The notes under the pieces are model-generated. The model was not told the origin of the DNA, searched no databases, and was given only the letters and a program-made list of their open reading frames with translations. Positions 45,990 to 54,534 of a DNA stretch of 64,000 nt are shown here, one piece after another. The position numbers and the translations under genes are program-made. The stretch is from positions 1-64,000 of IMG/VR virus record IMGVR_UViG_3300023174_000078, one strand, 5' to 3'. Positions within the stretch are counted from its first letter, which is position 1. Each line of letters opens with the position of its first letter. The stretch comes from a virus.

Positions 45990-46427
45990 ATGAGACCCAA
46001 CTACGATTTTACAGCTATGATGGACCCCGGCGCTGGGGTTAATGTAGATCCAAACCAAGTATCCCCGTCGTTTGCTATTCCCGCCTCCTCCGAACAACCA
46101 CGCGTTGAGGAGGATAGTACTGACTCGGATTTTGAAGAGCACAAAGACCCTAAAGGAAAAACAATTTGGACAACCACGCCTACATTTGAAGATCAGTATA
46201 AACGTTTTCCTCAGACTACTAGACTGGTTGGACCTCTCGTGGCGGTTTATGACGCGGCTAACCCGGAGCAGCTTAAAGAATTAAACATCTTGTTTTCTAA
46301 GCAACAACCAGAGGACGCGCCTTCGATTATTCTTGCGAGTCGTAAAGAAAATTTCCACGAAGGAAAATGGTTGATGCTTTTGGAATATTTTAGAGTAGAA
46401 TACAAGCAACTCATTACGACTTCTTAA
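45990..46427 (+). CDS. Hypothetical protein
   Basis: 145-aa ORF in operon. Confidence 0.7.
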   Translation: MRPNYDFTAMMDPGAGVNVDPNQVSPSFAIPASSEQPRVEEDSTDSDFEEHKDPKGKTIWTTTPTFEDQYKRFPQTTRLVGPLVAVYDAANPEQLKELNILFSKQQPEDAPSIILASRKENFHEGKWLMLLEYFRVEYKQLITTS

Positions 46428-46428
46428 A

Positions 46429-47781
46429 ATGGAAAAGATAGCTTTAACTCCCCGCAGTCAAGAATTAATCAAAAACTACCTCATAGGAGGTGCAGCTCTA
46501 GGCGGTTCCGGTGCGCTGCTAACCTCATTGGTTAATTATATTAAAACCCTAAAACAGCAAGTCCCGTCTGACGAAGAAAAAGAAGATGATGACACGCTTT
46601 ATTTGAATGTAGGTAAGTCGGCCAATGAAAGTTCTGGTGCTACTGATTTCGCTGCTGGAGGTTTAGCTGTAACTGGTGGTCTGCTATCCACACTTGGTAC
46701 TTACGCGTTAGTCAGAAAGCTTTATCAAAACGTTAAAAGGAAACAATTACAAGAGCAACTAGATCAGGCGCAACAAGCATTTTTATCAAATGCAGAGCAA
46801 GAAGCGCAAGTTAAAAATGCCACCGCTTTAGAAAGCGGAAAGCCTATGGGCTTAGCGGAATTAAGCTGGTCTTCACCAATAGCTTTTGCGCTACTCAGCG
46901 CTATAGCTGCTGGAGCCTTGACGAATAAAGCTTTGGATAAAACCTTTCCTAGTATTAAGAAACCTAAAGATACTGCACCAAAGCGTATCGTTATTCGTAA
47001 GCCCCTGCCTAAAGAGAATAGCGAGGAAGACGAGAGTGCAGCCTATGACAAGGCGGCATCTGCGGAACAAGTAGACGATGCCTTAGAGTTCTTGGTCCAC
47101 CTGTGCATGGGTAGCAAATCAGCGGCACAATCAGAACTGGTTGATATTATCCATGCCGCAGCCCAAGGCAGAGGGCCTGAATTAACTACACATATCCTGG
47201 AGTATGGTTTTGATTCGGCTATGGATACGATTAAGGGTGCTGCCGATTACAGTATTACTCCTGCGCAGAAACAATGCGCCATTAGCTATTGCGTTAAAAG
47301 CGCCGCGTTAAACCCTATTGTTTCTCTGTTGGCTGCGGCAGAGTATAACGACATGGCTCCTAAGTTTACTAAAATAGCCAGCCTACAGCATGCAGATTGT
47401 GTGTCGACGCTAATTAAAATAGCTGGAACTATAGGTGCAATTAATAGAGTTGAAACTATTGGAGATTTAGATAGTAGTTTTGAAATTAGCAAAGAAGCTA
47501 ATGATATGTCACTTGAAGATATTCTAGCGCTGATAAACAGAATGAAAGACCAAGGCGCGCACACATCTGAAGAAGATGATATTGAGCAAAATGAAGATTT
47601 AAATTCTGAAGACAGTATCGATTCTGGGGAAGAGAAACAAGTCAATGATAGAAAGCCTTTTGCGACTAATAAAGCTACGCCTGATGTCATTGATGAATTA
47701 TCTGAAGAAGATGACTTGATTGATCAAGCAATGTCTGCTCCTGTTACACCTGCTAAAGCAATAGCAGCTGAAAACAAATGA
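46429..47781 (+). CDS. Putative virion protein rich in K-x-A motifs
   Basis: EKIA, KSA x3, KNA, KAA, KIA x2, KEA; Gly-rich hydrophobic helices. Confidence 0.6.
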   Translation: MEKIALTPRSQELIKNYLIGGAALGGSGALLTSLVNYIKTLKQQVPSDEEKEDDDTLYLNVGKSANESSGATDFAAGGLAVTGGLLSTLGTYALVRKLYQNVKRKQLQEQLDQAQQAFLSNAEQEAQVKNATALESGKPMGLAELSWSSPIAFALLSAIAAGALTNKALDKTFPSIKKPKDTAPKRIVIRKPLPKENSEEDESAAYDKAASAEQVDDALEFLVHLCMGSKSAAQSELVDIIHAAAQGRGPELTTHILEYGFDSAMDTIKGAADYSITPAQKQCAISYCVKSAALNPIVSLLAAAEYNDMAPKFTKIASLQHADCVSTLIKIAGTIGAINRVETIGDLDSSFEISKEANDMSLEDILALINRMKDQGAHTSEEDDIEQNEDLNSEDSIDSGEEKQVNDRKPFATNKATPDVIDELSEEDDLIDQAMSAPVTPAKAIAAENK

Positions 47782-48248
47782 CTGTACCCCGCAATAAAAC
47801 ATCTGCGTCCAAGTTACTTGCGCTCGTAGCTAAGAGTAAAAAAGCAGGACGCTATAAAGTTTCTTCGAAAGAAACAAGAACATACGCAGGTATTGTTTTT
47901 GACTCTAAATGGGAATCAGAAACATATAAGTTATTGTCTACTCTTTTACCGGCGGATACACATATACATAGACAGGTAAATTTTTTACTTCAAGAGAAGT
48001 TCAAGGCTCCCAATGGAAAGGCTATCCGAGAGATTCATTACTCTGCCGATTTTGTAATTACCCGGGAAAAAGAATTACAGGATAATGTAATCCCTACTGA
48101 CGCATTAGTAATAGATTCAAAGGGACATCTTACTGATATTTTTAAAATCAAGAATAAGATGTTCATGTTCAGATACAATGCGCTTATTCATCAGGTGAAA
48201 TCCGCGAAGGATGTCGCGGCTGTGGTTGACGTGTATAAGGCGCAATAA
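47778..48248 (+). CDS. DUF1064-like PD-(D/E)xK endonuclease
   Basis: YAGIVFDSKWE, QVNFLLQ, YSADF, VIDSKG. Confidence 0.8.
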   Translation: MTVPRNKTSASKLLALVAKSKKAGRYKVSSKETRTYAGIVFDSKWESETYKLLSTLLPADTHIHRQVNFLLQEKFKAPNGKAIREIHYSADFVITREKELQDNVIPTDALVIDSKGHLTDIFKIKNKMFMFRYNALIHQVKSAKDVAAVVDVYKAQ

Positions 48249-48259
48249 AAGCCGCCCAT

Positions 48260-48277
48260 GTGCTATATACATTTGTA
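48260..48277 (+). promoter_or_regulatory. Variant of the promoter-like motif
   Basis: GTGCTATATACATTTGTA, 16/18 match. Confidence 0.7.
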
Positions 48278-48348
48278 GCGGGTAGTGATATCTGCTAGCC
48301 GAAAGGCCGCATGACTTATGTTGTCATGCGTGGGCGTGAGCCCTTTTT
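48276..48348 (+). ncRNA. Four-hairpin structured leader or small RNA
   Basis: TAGCGGGTA-GTGA-TATCTGCTA; GCC-GAAA-GGC; CGCATGAC-TTATGTT-GTCATGCG; GGGC-GTGA-GCCC-TTTTT. Confidence 0.6.
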
Positions 48349-48379
48349 ACCTATAACATCTAAAACATAAAACATTAAG

Positions 48380-48808
48380 ATGGGACGAAAACACACACCT
48401 GAGACTAAAGAGAAAATTAGACTATCAAAGCTGGGTAGAAAACACACACCTGAGACTAAAGAGAAAATAAGGCTATTAAAACTTCAACAAACACCTGAGG
48501 TTAGATATAAAAATAGCCAAGCTCATCTAATTAAAGGACCACAACACCCTGCTGGCGTTGTTTGTGATTTCAGATCTCCTACTAATGTTGTTTGGCATGT
48601 TTCTAACATAGGTCATTTTGTCCGCACGCATAAACATCTTTTTGATGAAAGCGATGCTACATGGATAAATAGTGGCCGTAGCCTGCGTTGTAGGGCGGCA
48701 GACGGGCTTCGGTCCTTGTGTTCCCGCGCCAGCCCCCTGAGCTCCTGGAAAGGCTGGACACTAGTCAGTGATGTGGAGCGCTTCAAGAATAGCGCAGGTA
48801 TAGTATGA
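48380..48808 (+). CDS. NUMOD3-repeat DNA-binding protein (homing-endonuclease derived; no catalytic motif seen)
   Basis: GRKHTPETKEKIRL.KL twice (51-bp tandem duplication); SSWKGW C-terminus. Confidence 0.75.
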   Translation: MGRKHTPETKEKIRLSKLGRKHTPETKEKIRLLKLQQTPEVRYKNSQAHLIKGPQHPAGVVCDFRSPTNVVWHVSNIGHFVRTHKHLFDESDATWINSGRSLRCRAADGLRSLCSRASPLSSWKGWTLVSDVERFKNSAGIV

Positions 48809-48828
48809 TGGCAACGCGCCATGAGGTT

Positions 48829-48846
48829 GTGTTATATAAATTTGTA
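48829..48846 (+). promoter_or_regulatory. Promoter-like motif copy
   Basis: Exact GTGTTATATAAATTTGTA. Confidence 0.8.
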
Positions 48847-48874
48847 CGGTAGCTAATAACTGTCGCACAATTGT

Positions 48875-49123
48875 ATGTTCAACATTCAACTTAAAAACAA
48901 TATGCAAAACAACGAACGATTAGTTGGAATTCTCGCTGCCCGGAACTACTTGCTCAGCCTCCACCCCCGCAAAATGCAGGTGGTTGCGCTGGCAGAACTT
49001 GGTGATGAGGTTGCTCCTCCCACCAGTCTGTACGGCATGCCTGCATTGGAGCCAAAACCATCACCCACCAGGGTGGCGCTGAAGAACGCGCTCGACCGAC
49101 CTCTGCCGGTCCTATCCCTGTAA
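48875..49123 (+). CDS. Hypothetical protein (start 48875 or 48902)
   Basis: Follows the promoter motif; A-rich leader before 48902. Confidence 0.6.
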   Translation: MFNIQLKNNMQNNERLVGILAARNYLLSLHPRKMQVVALAELGDEVAPPTSLYGMPALEPKPSPTRVALKNALDRPLPVLSL

Positions 49124-49175
49124 AGGGATTACAATGACACAGGTGGCACATGTGTTGTTGGTTTGTGATAGCAAC

Positions 49176-49204
49176 GCTCGCGCCGTAGCCACCACGGCGC
49201 GAGC
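49176..49204. terminator. GC-rich hairpin between convergent genes
   Basis: GCTCGCGCCGT/ACGGCGCGAGC. Confidence 0.65.
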
Positions 49205-49216
49205 CTATCTTCACTT

Positions 49217-49606
49217 TTAACTGTCAAAGCACTCCTTGTATGCTTGTTCTTGTGTGAATTTGTTCTCATATATAAGCTTCCACATACGAGTCATTTTTTT
49301 TAGCGCAAGCTCTGGATTGTGAATTTCGCTATGACAGTTGTGGCATACAAGTACGCATCTCCGCATTTCTTCCTCCGCCCCCGGGACAGACATCCGGAGT
49401 AAATTACTCCCATTCAGGTTGGCTCCTTTTTCGTGCAGATGATGAAATGCTAATGCTGATAAATTCTTTTTGTAACCACAGACTGCGCATTGGCCACCCG
49501 CTTTGATGATCATGCTATACTTGCGCGTAAGGCGCATAACCCTGTTCCTTTTAGCTGACGAAGGTTTAGGCATCGCATACTGTACGACAAGCGCAGCTAG
49601 CAGCAA
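49217..49606 (-). CDS. Zn-binding HNH endonuclease
   Basis: CAVCGY....ALAFHH...CVLVCHNCHSEIH; adjacent to tRNA cluster. Confidence 0.85.
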   Translation of the reverse strand: MLLAALVVQYAMPKPSSAKRNRVMRLTRKYSMIIKAGGQCAVCGYKKNLSALAFHHLHEKGANLNGSNLLRMSVPGAEEEMRRCVLVCHNCHSEIHNPELALKKMTRMWKLIYENKFTQEQAYKECFDS

Positions 49607-49681
49607 GCAGACTTCACACGCGAAATTTATTGAATAAGTCCTTGCGCTTTGTGGCGTGCCGCCTATTGAATAACAAATTAA

Positions 49682-49757
49682 GCACTCGTAGCTCAGTGGA
49701 TAGAGCAGCGGATTTCTAATCCGCTGGTCGTTGGTTCGATCCCAACCGAGTGTGCCA
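49682..49757 (+). tRNA. tRNA-Arg(TCT)
   Basis: GCACTCG/CGAGTGT acceptor, GCGGA-TTTCTAA-TCCGC, GTTCGA T-loop, CCA. Confidence 0.95.
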
Positions 49758-49779
49758 GTTCTTTGATATTACCAATTTC

Positions 49780-49855
49780 GCGCCTGTAGCTCAATGGTTA
49801 GAGCGGAGGACTCATAATCCTTAGGTTCACGGTTCAAGTCCGTGCGGGCGCACCA
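49780..49855 (+). tRNA. tRNA with CAT anticodon (probably Ile2; elongator Met possible)
   Basis: GCGCCTG/CGGGCGC, GAGGA-CTCATAA-TCCTT, GTTCAA, CCA; G1-C72 paired, so not the initiator. Confidence 0.9.
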
Positions 49856-49883
49856 CTTTTTGCAGTACAACAAACTTTCATAA

Positions 49884-50108
49884 ATGAGCTTACAAGACGA
49901 TTACTTTGATTTGGATGCCCAATTGAAGGGCGAACAGAAGAGAAAACTGCGCAGGATATGGAAAACCCTTTGCGAGGCTGAATATACAGCCGAAGAAGCG
50001 TCCGAGTGCGTGCGTCTGATAAACGCTGCGCGCAGGTTACTTGCCGACAAGCCACCGCTATTCATGTCGCGTAAAATACGGGATAAGGCCAAAGGAGCTA
50101 AACCGTGA
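49884..50108 (+). CDS. Hypothetical protein
   Basis: 74-aa ORF between RNA genes. Confidence 0.6.
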   Translation: MSLQDDYFDLDAQLKGEQKRKLRRIWKTLCEAEYTAEEASECVRLINAARRLLADKPPLFMSRKIRDKAKGAKP

Positions 50109-50179
50109 GCATTCACTGCTAGCTCGGCTATAACTAAACAACCCGTAATTCCTCGGTAAGGAAGTAATTATAATAATTT

Positions 50180-50352
50180 GAGCGTGTGGCGGAATTAGAC
50201 GCGGCCTCTGGAAGCCGAATCCTTTGATGCATCGGGGACCGGATGAAAAGTATAGCGTAAGGGGACTGACATCAGATTTTAAATCTGTAAGGCCCGATAA
50301 GCGATGAAAACACAAGCTAGCAATTGCAGGTTCCAATCCTGCCACGCTCACC
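50180..50352 (+). ncRNA. Oversized tRNA-like RNA (about 173 nt)
   Basis: Acceptor GAGCGTG/CACGCTC plus A-CC, Leu-like D-arm TGGCGGAATTAGACGC, T-arm GCAGG-TTCCAAT-CCTGC, about 120-nt insert. Confidence 0.75.
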
Positions 50353-50375
50353 TCTTTATTAAGCAATAACCAAAC

Positions 50376-50561
50376 ATGAAAATAAAGATAAAAAGATCAC
50401 ACCCGCATTATGCGGCAAAGGTGGTACGCCACCGTGGACCAGGTAACGGATTCAAAATTAAATACCGCGACGGTTCCCTTTCCCCGGAAACATACGCAAT
50501 GCGCGCTGGTGCGCAAAACATGATAAATGGAACCTTCGGAAGTGTAGGTGGAATCTCTTAA
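50376..50561 (+). CDS. Small basic hypothetical protein
   Basis: 61-aa ORF. Confidence 0.55.
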   Translation: MKIKIKRSHPHYAAKVVRHRGPGNGFKIKYRDGSLSPETYAMRAGAQNMINGTFGSVGGIS

Positions 50562-50573
50562 CAAAATAAAACT

Positions 50574-50783
50574 ATGGCATCACAAAAATCACTAGTACTT
50601 GCCGTCGTCGCTGTACGCGACAAACTTGAACTGCTACGCAAGCGGATATTAGAATACGAAGACTATCTGCGAAAAGCTGACGCCAGCGAAGAAAGCAAAG
50701 AGTTCTGGACACACCAATTGAGTTACGTCAAAAATCTCATCCAAGAATACCGCGCAGCGGAAACTGACCTTCTAAATAGCTGA
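50574..50783 (+). CDS. Hypothetical coiled-coil protein
   Basis: A-rich leader. Confidence 0.65.
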   Translation: MASQKSLVLAVVAVRDKLELLRKRILEYEDYLRKADASEESKEFWTHQLSYVKNLIQEYRAAETDLLNS

Positions 50784-50784
50784 T

Positions 50785-51054
50785 ATGACAAATAACGCAA
50801 AGCTAGCGATTGCGAGCACAATTGCGAATGTGCCTATATTGATAGCACTCGCTTTATCCCTTTCCCAGGAACCTACCCAGGAAGAAACTTTCGACCGCGT
50901 TTCAAAGTATGCGCTTGCATATGAAGAAGCCGTCGATAAAGAAGAGTACATGACTCGAATTTACGAAGATATCAAAAGTATTGATGAGAGCAGTCTACCA
51001 CCTGCGCTCAGGACTTTTGTGATTAACGTAAAGGTAAGTCAGTTCTGTAAATAA
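50785..51054 (+). CDS. Hypothetical protein with N-terminal TM/signal
   Basis: LAIASTIANVPILIALALSL. Confidence 0.65.
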   Translation: MTNNAKLAIASTIANVPILIALALSLSQEPTQEETFDRVSKYALAYEEAVDKEEYMTRIYEDIKSIDESSLPPALRTFVINVKVSQFCK

Positions 51055-51059
51055 TAAAC

Positions 51060-51145
51060 GGCCCAGTGATGGAAAGGTAGACATAGCAGACTTAAAATCT
51101 GCTGCTTTAACAAGCGTGCCGGTTCGAATCCGGCCTGGGCTACCA
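51060..51145 (+). tRNA. tRNA-Leu(TAA)
   Basis: GGCCCAG/CTGGGCT, GCAGA-CTTAAAA-TCTGC, long variable arm, GTTCGAA, CCA. Confidence 0.95.
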
Positions 51146-51194
51146 CCGAGGAATAACCGCACATGCGTGTTATTTCTTTAATTATCAAATAGTC

Positions 51195-51467
51195 ATGACC
51201 CAAGAAACCGATTCTAATACTAAGATACCTGAAATTGAGACAATCTTCAATCAATTGAATGCCATAGATTTCACTCTAGCGCAGCTGGCAATTGATCTCA
51301 AAGATCCTGACAAACGCCAAGAGATTGGCATCAGGCTTGTCGAAAATATTAACGAGGCATTCTCAAAGGGCCTCGAATTTGCTGATGTGAAAGTGAAAAG
51401 CAAAGCCGGTATGGCAACTGTTTCATTCAAATTCTCGGCATCCGCTTTAGCTAAAAAGAATACATAG
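51195..51467 (+). CDS. Hypothetical protein
   Basis: 90-aa ORF. Confidence 0.7.
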   Translation: MTQETDSNTKIPEIETIFNQLNAIDFTLAQLAIDLKDPDKRQEIGIRLVENINEAFSKGLEFADVKVKSKAGMATVSFKFSASALAKKNT

Positions 51468-51470
51468 TGT

Positions 51471-51680
51471 ATGCGTTACTTCTGTTTACCTCGTGAGATC
51501 GTAGAAGCTATTCAAAATTTCGCGCCTGTTAAAGAAGTGTATCGCCCAGTTACATTCGTATTGAAAGACGGATCTATACGTGCCGACGTAACTGTAATAA
51601 ATTGTGAATTCTGCGCAATGGACGAGTCAAGGCACAAATATTTTGAACCTAGTGAAATTGTTTTAGCTGTTGAAAATTGA
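51471..51680 (+). CDS. Hypothetical protein
   Basis: 69-aa ORF. Confidence 0.6.
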   Translation: MRYFCLPREIVEAIQNFAPVKEVYRPVTFVLKDGSIRADVTVINCEFCAMDESRHKYFEPSEIVLAVEN

Positions 51681-51796
51681 AAATTTATTTTTTCCACTTG
51701 CTTACTTTATAAATCTCGCCATCATTAAAAATCAATCCTGGATGAATTCAGTTACGATTCCAGCACGATCTAAACCCAAAAAACACACAACTAGAT

Positions 51797-52054
51797 ATGA
51801 AAAGAAAGACATTGCCTGAAATTATCAAGGGACTTGAGCCGCTTGAAGCCAACATTAAAAGAGTGCGCACAAAGGCCCGCAAAAGCCTCTGGGATGAATT
51901 CTTCGGATCGCTTGTTAGCGGCGACTCCTTTGAGATCGAGGCGCTGGAAGTTAACACAGTCAAAGCGCATGCAGAAAAGCATGGTTTTGAATTGCGGCAC
52001 AAGAAAACTGAAGGCGATAAAGTTATCGCTCAAGTGCTTACAGCTGACGCTTAA
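51797..52054 (+). CDS. Hypothetical protein
   Basis: 85-aa ORF followed by a terminator. Confidence 0.7.
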   Translation: MKRKTLPEIIKGLEPLEANIKRVRTKARKSLWDEFFGSLVSGDSFEIEALEVNTVKAHAEKHGFELRHKKTEGDKVIAQVLTADA

Positions 52055-52073
52055 ACATTAGTCAGTACGTCCG

Positions 52074-52104
52074 GGGCTACCACTTAATTGTGGTAGCCCT
52101 TTTT
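52074..52104 (+). terminator. Rho-independent terminator
   Basis: GGGCTACCAC/GTGGTAGCCC-TTTTT. Confidence 0.85.
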
Positions 52105-52130
52105 ATTTATGTATCAAATCTCAAACAAAC

Positions 52131-52703
52131 ATGACAACAGACGAAATTAAAACTGAAATTGATAAAGCATTAGCCGGAGACAGAACGGTGATGCTTAAAG
52201 GCTACAAGAGTTCGGATGGTTCCGTAAAAGACTATGTAGTGCTCTTACTGCCTGATGATGGCTACAAAAATTTGGTAAAGCTCAGTCAGGAAAAGCTGAA
52301 TAGAGAACCTGAGTTTTTTATGAATGAACTTAGACCTGCTGACGCTGATATAGGTGAGTGGGCTACAGCAGTCACAGAGCAAATAGCTAGTTTTACCAAG
52401 AGTATGAGTGATGAAAAGCCTGCACGCGACATGCAGTTCAAGAACCCAACAGTTAAACAAGGTGGTATGCATTTCTACCAGAATGAGCTGGAAGCTGGAA
52501 ACACGAATACTGTTATTATTAAACATGTGCAGGTGCTCTCTACGACCAATCACACACCTGACAAGGAAGTGAAAGAACCTAAAGGGAACATTCCAAGGTA
52601 CAAGAATCTGATCCGGTCTAAATTACCAATCAGTCAGTACGTAGGGCAATTCAACCTATCCCCGGATAAGGTGGAGATCGTGAAATCCCTTTTCATGCCT
52701 TGA
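52131..52703 (+). CDS. Hypothetical protein
   Basis: 190-aa ORF. Confidence 0.75.
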   Translation: MTTDEIKTEIDKALAGDRTVMLKGYKSSDGSVKDYVVLLLPDDGYKNLVKLSQEKLNREPEFFMNELRPADADIGEWATAVTEQIASFTKSMSDEKPARDMQFKNPTVKQGGMHFYQNELEAGNTNTVIIKHVQVLSTTNHTPDKEVKEPKGNIPRYKNLIRSKLPISQYVGQFNLSPDKVEIVKSLFMP

Positions 52704-52719
52704 TATAGTAGCCCTGCGC

Positions 52720-52737
52720 GTGTTATATAAATTTGTA
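52720..52737 (+). promoter_or_regulatory. Promoter-like motif copy
   Basis: Exact GTGTTATATAAATTTGTA. Confidence 0.8.
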
Positions 52738-52756
52738 GCGCAGCGCGCTATTTATC

Positions 52757-53389
52757 ATGAAACTACAACATTATCATGCGAAAAGTTTACTGTCCTTAAC
52801 ACATGAAGGGCAGGCAACTGGAAATCGAATCTGTCAAATCCTGACAGATGTTGACGCTTTCAAAAGCGTTAAGAATATTAATTTGGCAAATCCAGCGGGG
52901 ATTGGCTATAGGGCAAACCACGAATCACTCTTGCTCCACAGCGCAATAGCTGCTGTGGATTACGCGGAGGAATCCGCGACGGAACTAATCCAAGTGACAT
53001 CCCGGCGAAAGATGCCCGTGACAGACGCGTATATAAATCTAGCACTTAAGGCCCAAGAGCTGGGTTCTCGTTTGTACCGTAACATGTGGGAGATCGCATT
53101 GTCGGACAGAGACAGAAAGGCAATGCGTCAGCTGGTAAACCGGATTGCGCAGATATCGGTCTGGGAAGACCTTCCAGCGCCAGTATGCGGCCTTTCATAT
53201 GATGAAGTAGTCAATGAGATGACTGGCGTGATTGCTTATAATCACGCATACGGTATAAGTTTTGTTGAGTACAAGAACGGTTTGGCTGCGACTGGGTGGA
53301 CTGTTTTGCGGCCCGCATTGGAAGAAATAGTTACCCTAGCCCGTTCTGAAATGGAATTGGCGTCGGCACTTTTAATGCCAACAACATGA
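52757..53389 (+). CDS. Hypothetical protein
   Basis: 210-aa ORF directly after the promoter motif. Confidence 0.75.
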   Translation: MKLQHYHAKSLLSLTHEGQATGNRICQILTDVDAFKSVKNINLANPAGIGYRANHESLLLHSAIAAVDYAEESATELIQVTSRRKMPVTDAYINLALKAQELGSRLYRNMWEIALSDRDRKAMRQLVNRIAQISVWEDLPAPVCGLSYDEVVNEMTGVIAYNHAYGISFVEYKNGLAATGWTVLRPALEEIVTLARSEMELASALLMPTT

Positions 53390-53592
53390 GCCAAACAACG
53401 CAAGTTGCTAAACAAAAAACGGAGAAAGCATTACGTAAGGCCGTAGCGGGCAGTGTGTTATGCGCGGCTCTTGCGCATCCCGACAGGATGCATCCGGCTA
53501 TTGTAGGTAGCATTGTTAAACGCGTAGCAGGTCAACTGCTCGCGCAATTCGATATCAAACCCAAACGCAAACACAGCGCGCTTGTCCGGTGA
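53386..53592 (+). CDS. Hypothetical protein
   Basis: ATGA overlap. Confidence 0.6.
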   Translation: MSQTTQVAKQKTEKALRKAVAGSVLCAALAHPDRMHPAIVGSIVKRVAGQLLAQFDIKPKRKHSALVR

Positions 53593-54533
53593 TTCCGGGC
53601 AAGCGCTTTTCTTTAGCACATATGCTTCCTTCAAATCCATTCAATATGCTTTTGGACAAGTTCCAAAACAGTCAAGAGCAGGCCAATATTTTTATTGGTG
53701 TTTATTTAAATAAAACAGGGCACATACGCATTATGCGTGATAGTGCCGGTAAATTGATCTGGTACAAATCGGTAGCCATTCTGCACGCGGAGTTTCTCCG
53801 TTGTATGACGACCAATCCCCAAGAGTTTCAAGCCTGTGATTTCTACGCAATTAGTGGACCGCGTTATACTGGTGATAAGCTGCTGCTAAATTTGTATGAA
53901 ACTGCAAAAATAAAAGTAACTTCAACTATGCTGCTTATTTTTAATGCAGTTGAGTTGGACTTTCACAGAAAGGCAAGTGTGGGTATGTACATGCCTCTTC
54001 AGTTTAATTTAGATAACCTTTATGCTAAGGTTCAAAAAGATCCTAGCGTTTTATTCGAGGTCGCAGCCCGTGCCAAACATTTGATCTTTAACGAAAGCAA
54101 GCCGTGCGTTTCGTGCGGTATCCTCTGCCATGTCCCGGATATTACAGGGCATCCAGGTGTTTCCTCTTTAGCGCACAAAGAATTAATGCTTATCGAAGAG
54201 GAAAACAAGAATTTCTGTTTTGATTGCGGTAAAACTCTCATCGCGAACACAGCGAAATATAAGATGTTAAGCTGCAGTGACTTTAATAAAGTGAATACTG
54301 TTACAGCCTTGGTTGCTGATATTGAAAAGTTAAGTGCGTTTGATACGCCTTTTGATTTTGATAAAGCGCAAAATATCCTGCGCGAAATCATGCAGCATAC
54401 AAGCAAAAGCAGCATGCTTATTTTAGACGGCGACACCGTTATAAGACAGGAAAAACCAAAAAGTGATGTATTGATGAATATCAAGAATGCAGCTGTTACC
54501 AAGCCGTCTGAAATTCCACCCTATATGAATTAG
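53589..54533 (+). CDS. Hypothetical protein with CxxC pairs
   Basis: CVSC...CFDC; GTGA overlap. Confidence 0.7.
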   Translation: MIPGKRFSLAHMLPSNPFNMLLDKFQNSQEQANIFIGVYLNKTGHIRIMRDSAGKLIWYKSVAILHAEFLRCMTTNPQEFQACDFYAISGPRYTGDKLLLNLYETAKIKVTSTMLLIFNAVELDFHRKASVGMYMPLQFNLDNLYAKVQKDPSVLFEVAARAKHLIFNESKPCVSCGILCHVPDITGHPGVSSLAHKELMLIEEENKNFCFDCGKTLIANTAKYKMLSCSDFNKVNTVTALVADIEKLSAFDTPFDFDKAQNILREIMQHTSKSSMLILDGDTVIRQEKPKSDVLMNIKNAAVTKPSEIPPYMN

Positions 54534-54534
54534 C

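Noticed and set aside
50180-50352. tmRNA or intron-containing tRNA
   Set aside because: No G3-U70 alanine identity pair, much shorter than tmRNA, and the insert is too short for a self-splicing intron; kept as an unclassified tRNA-like RNA
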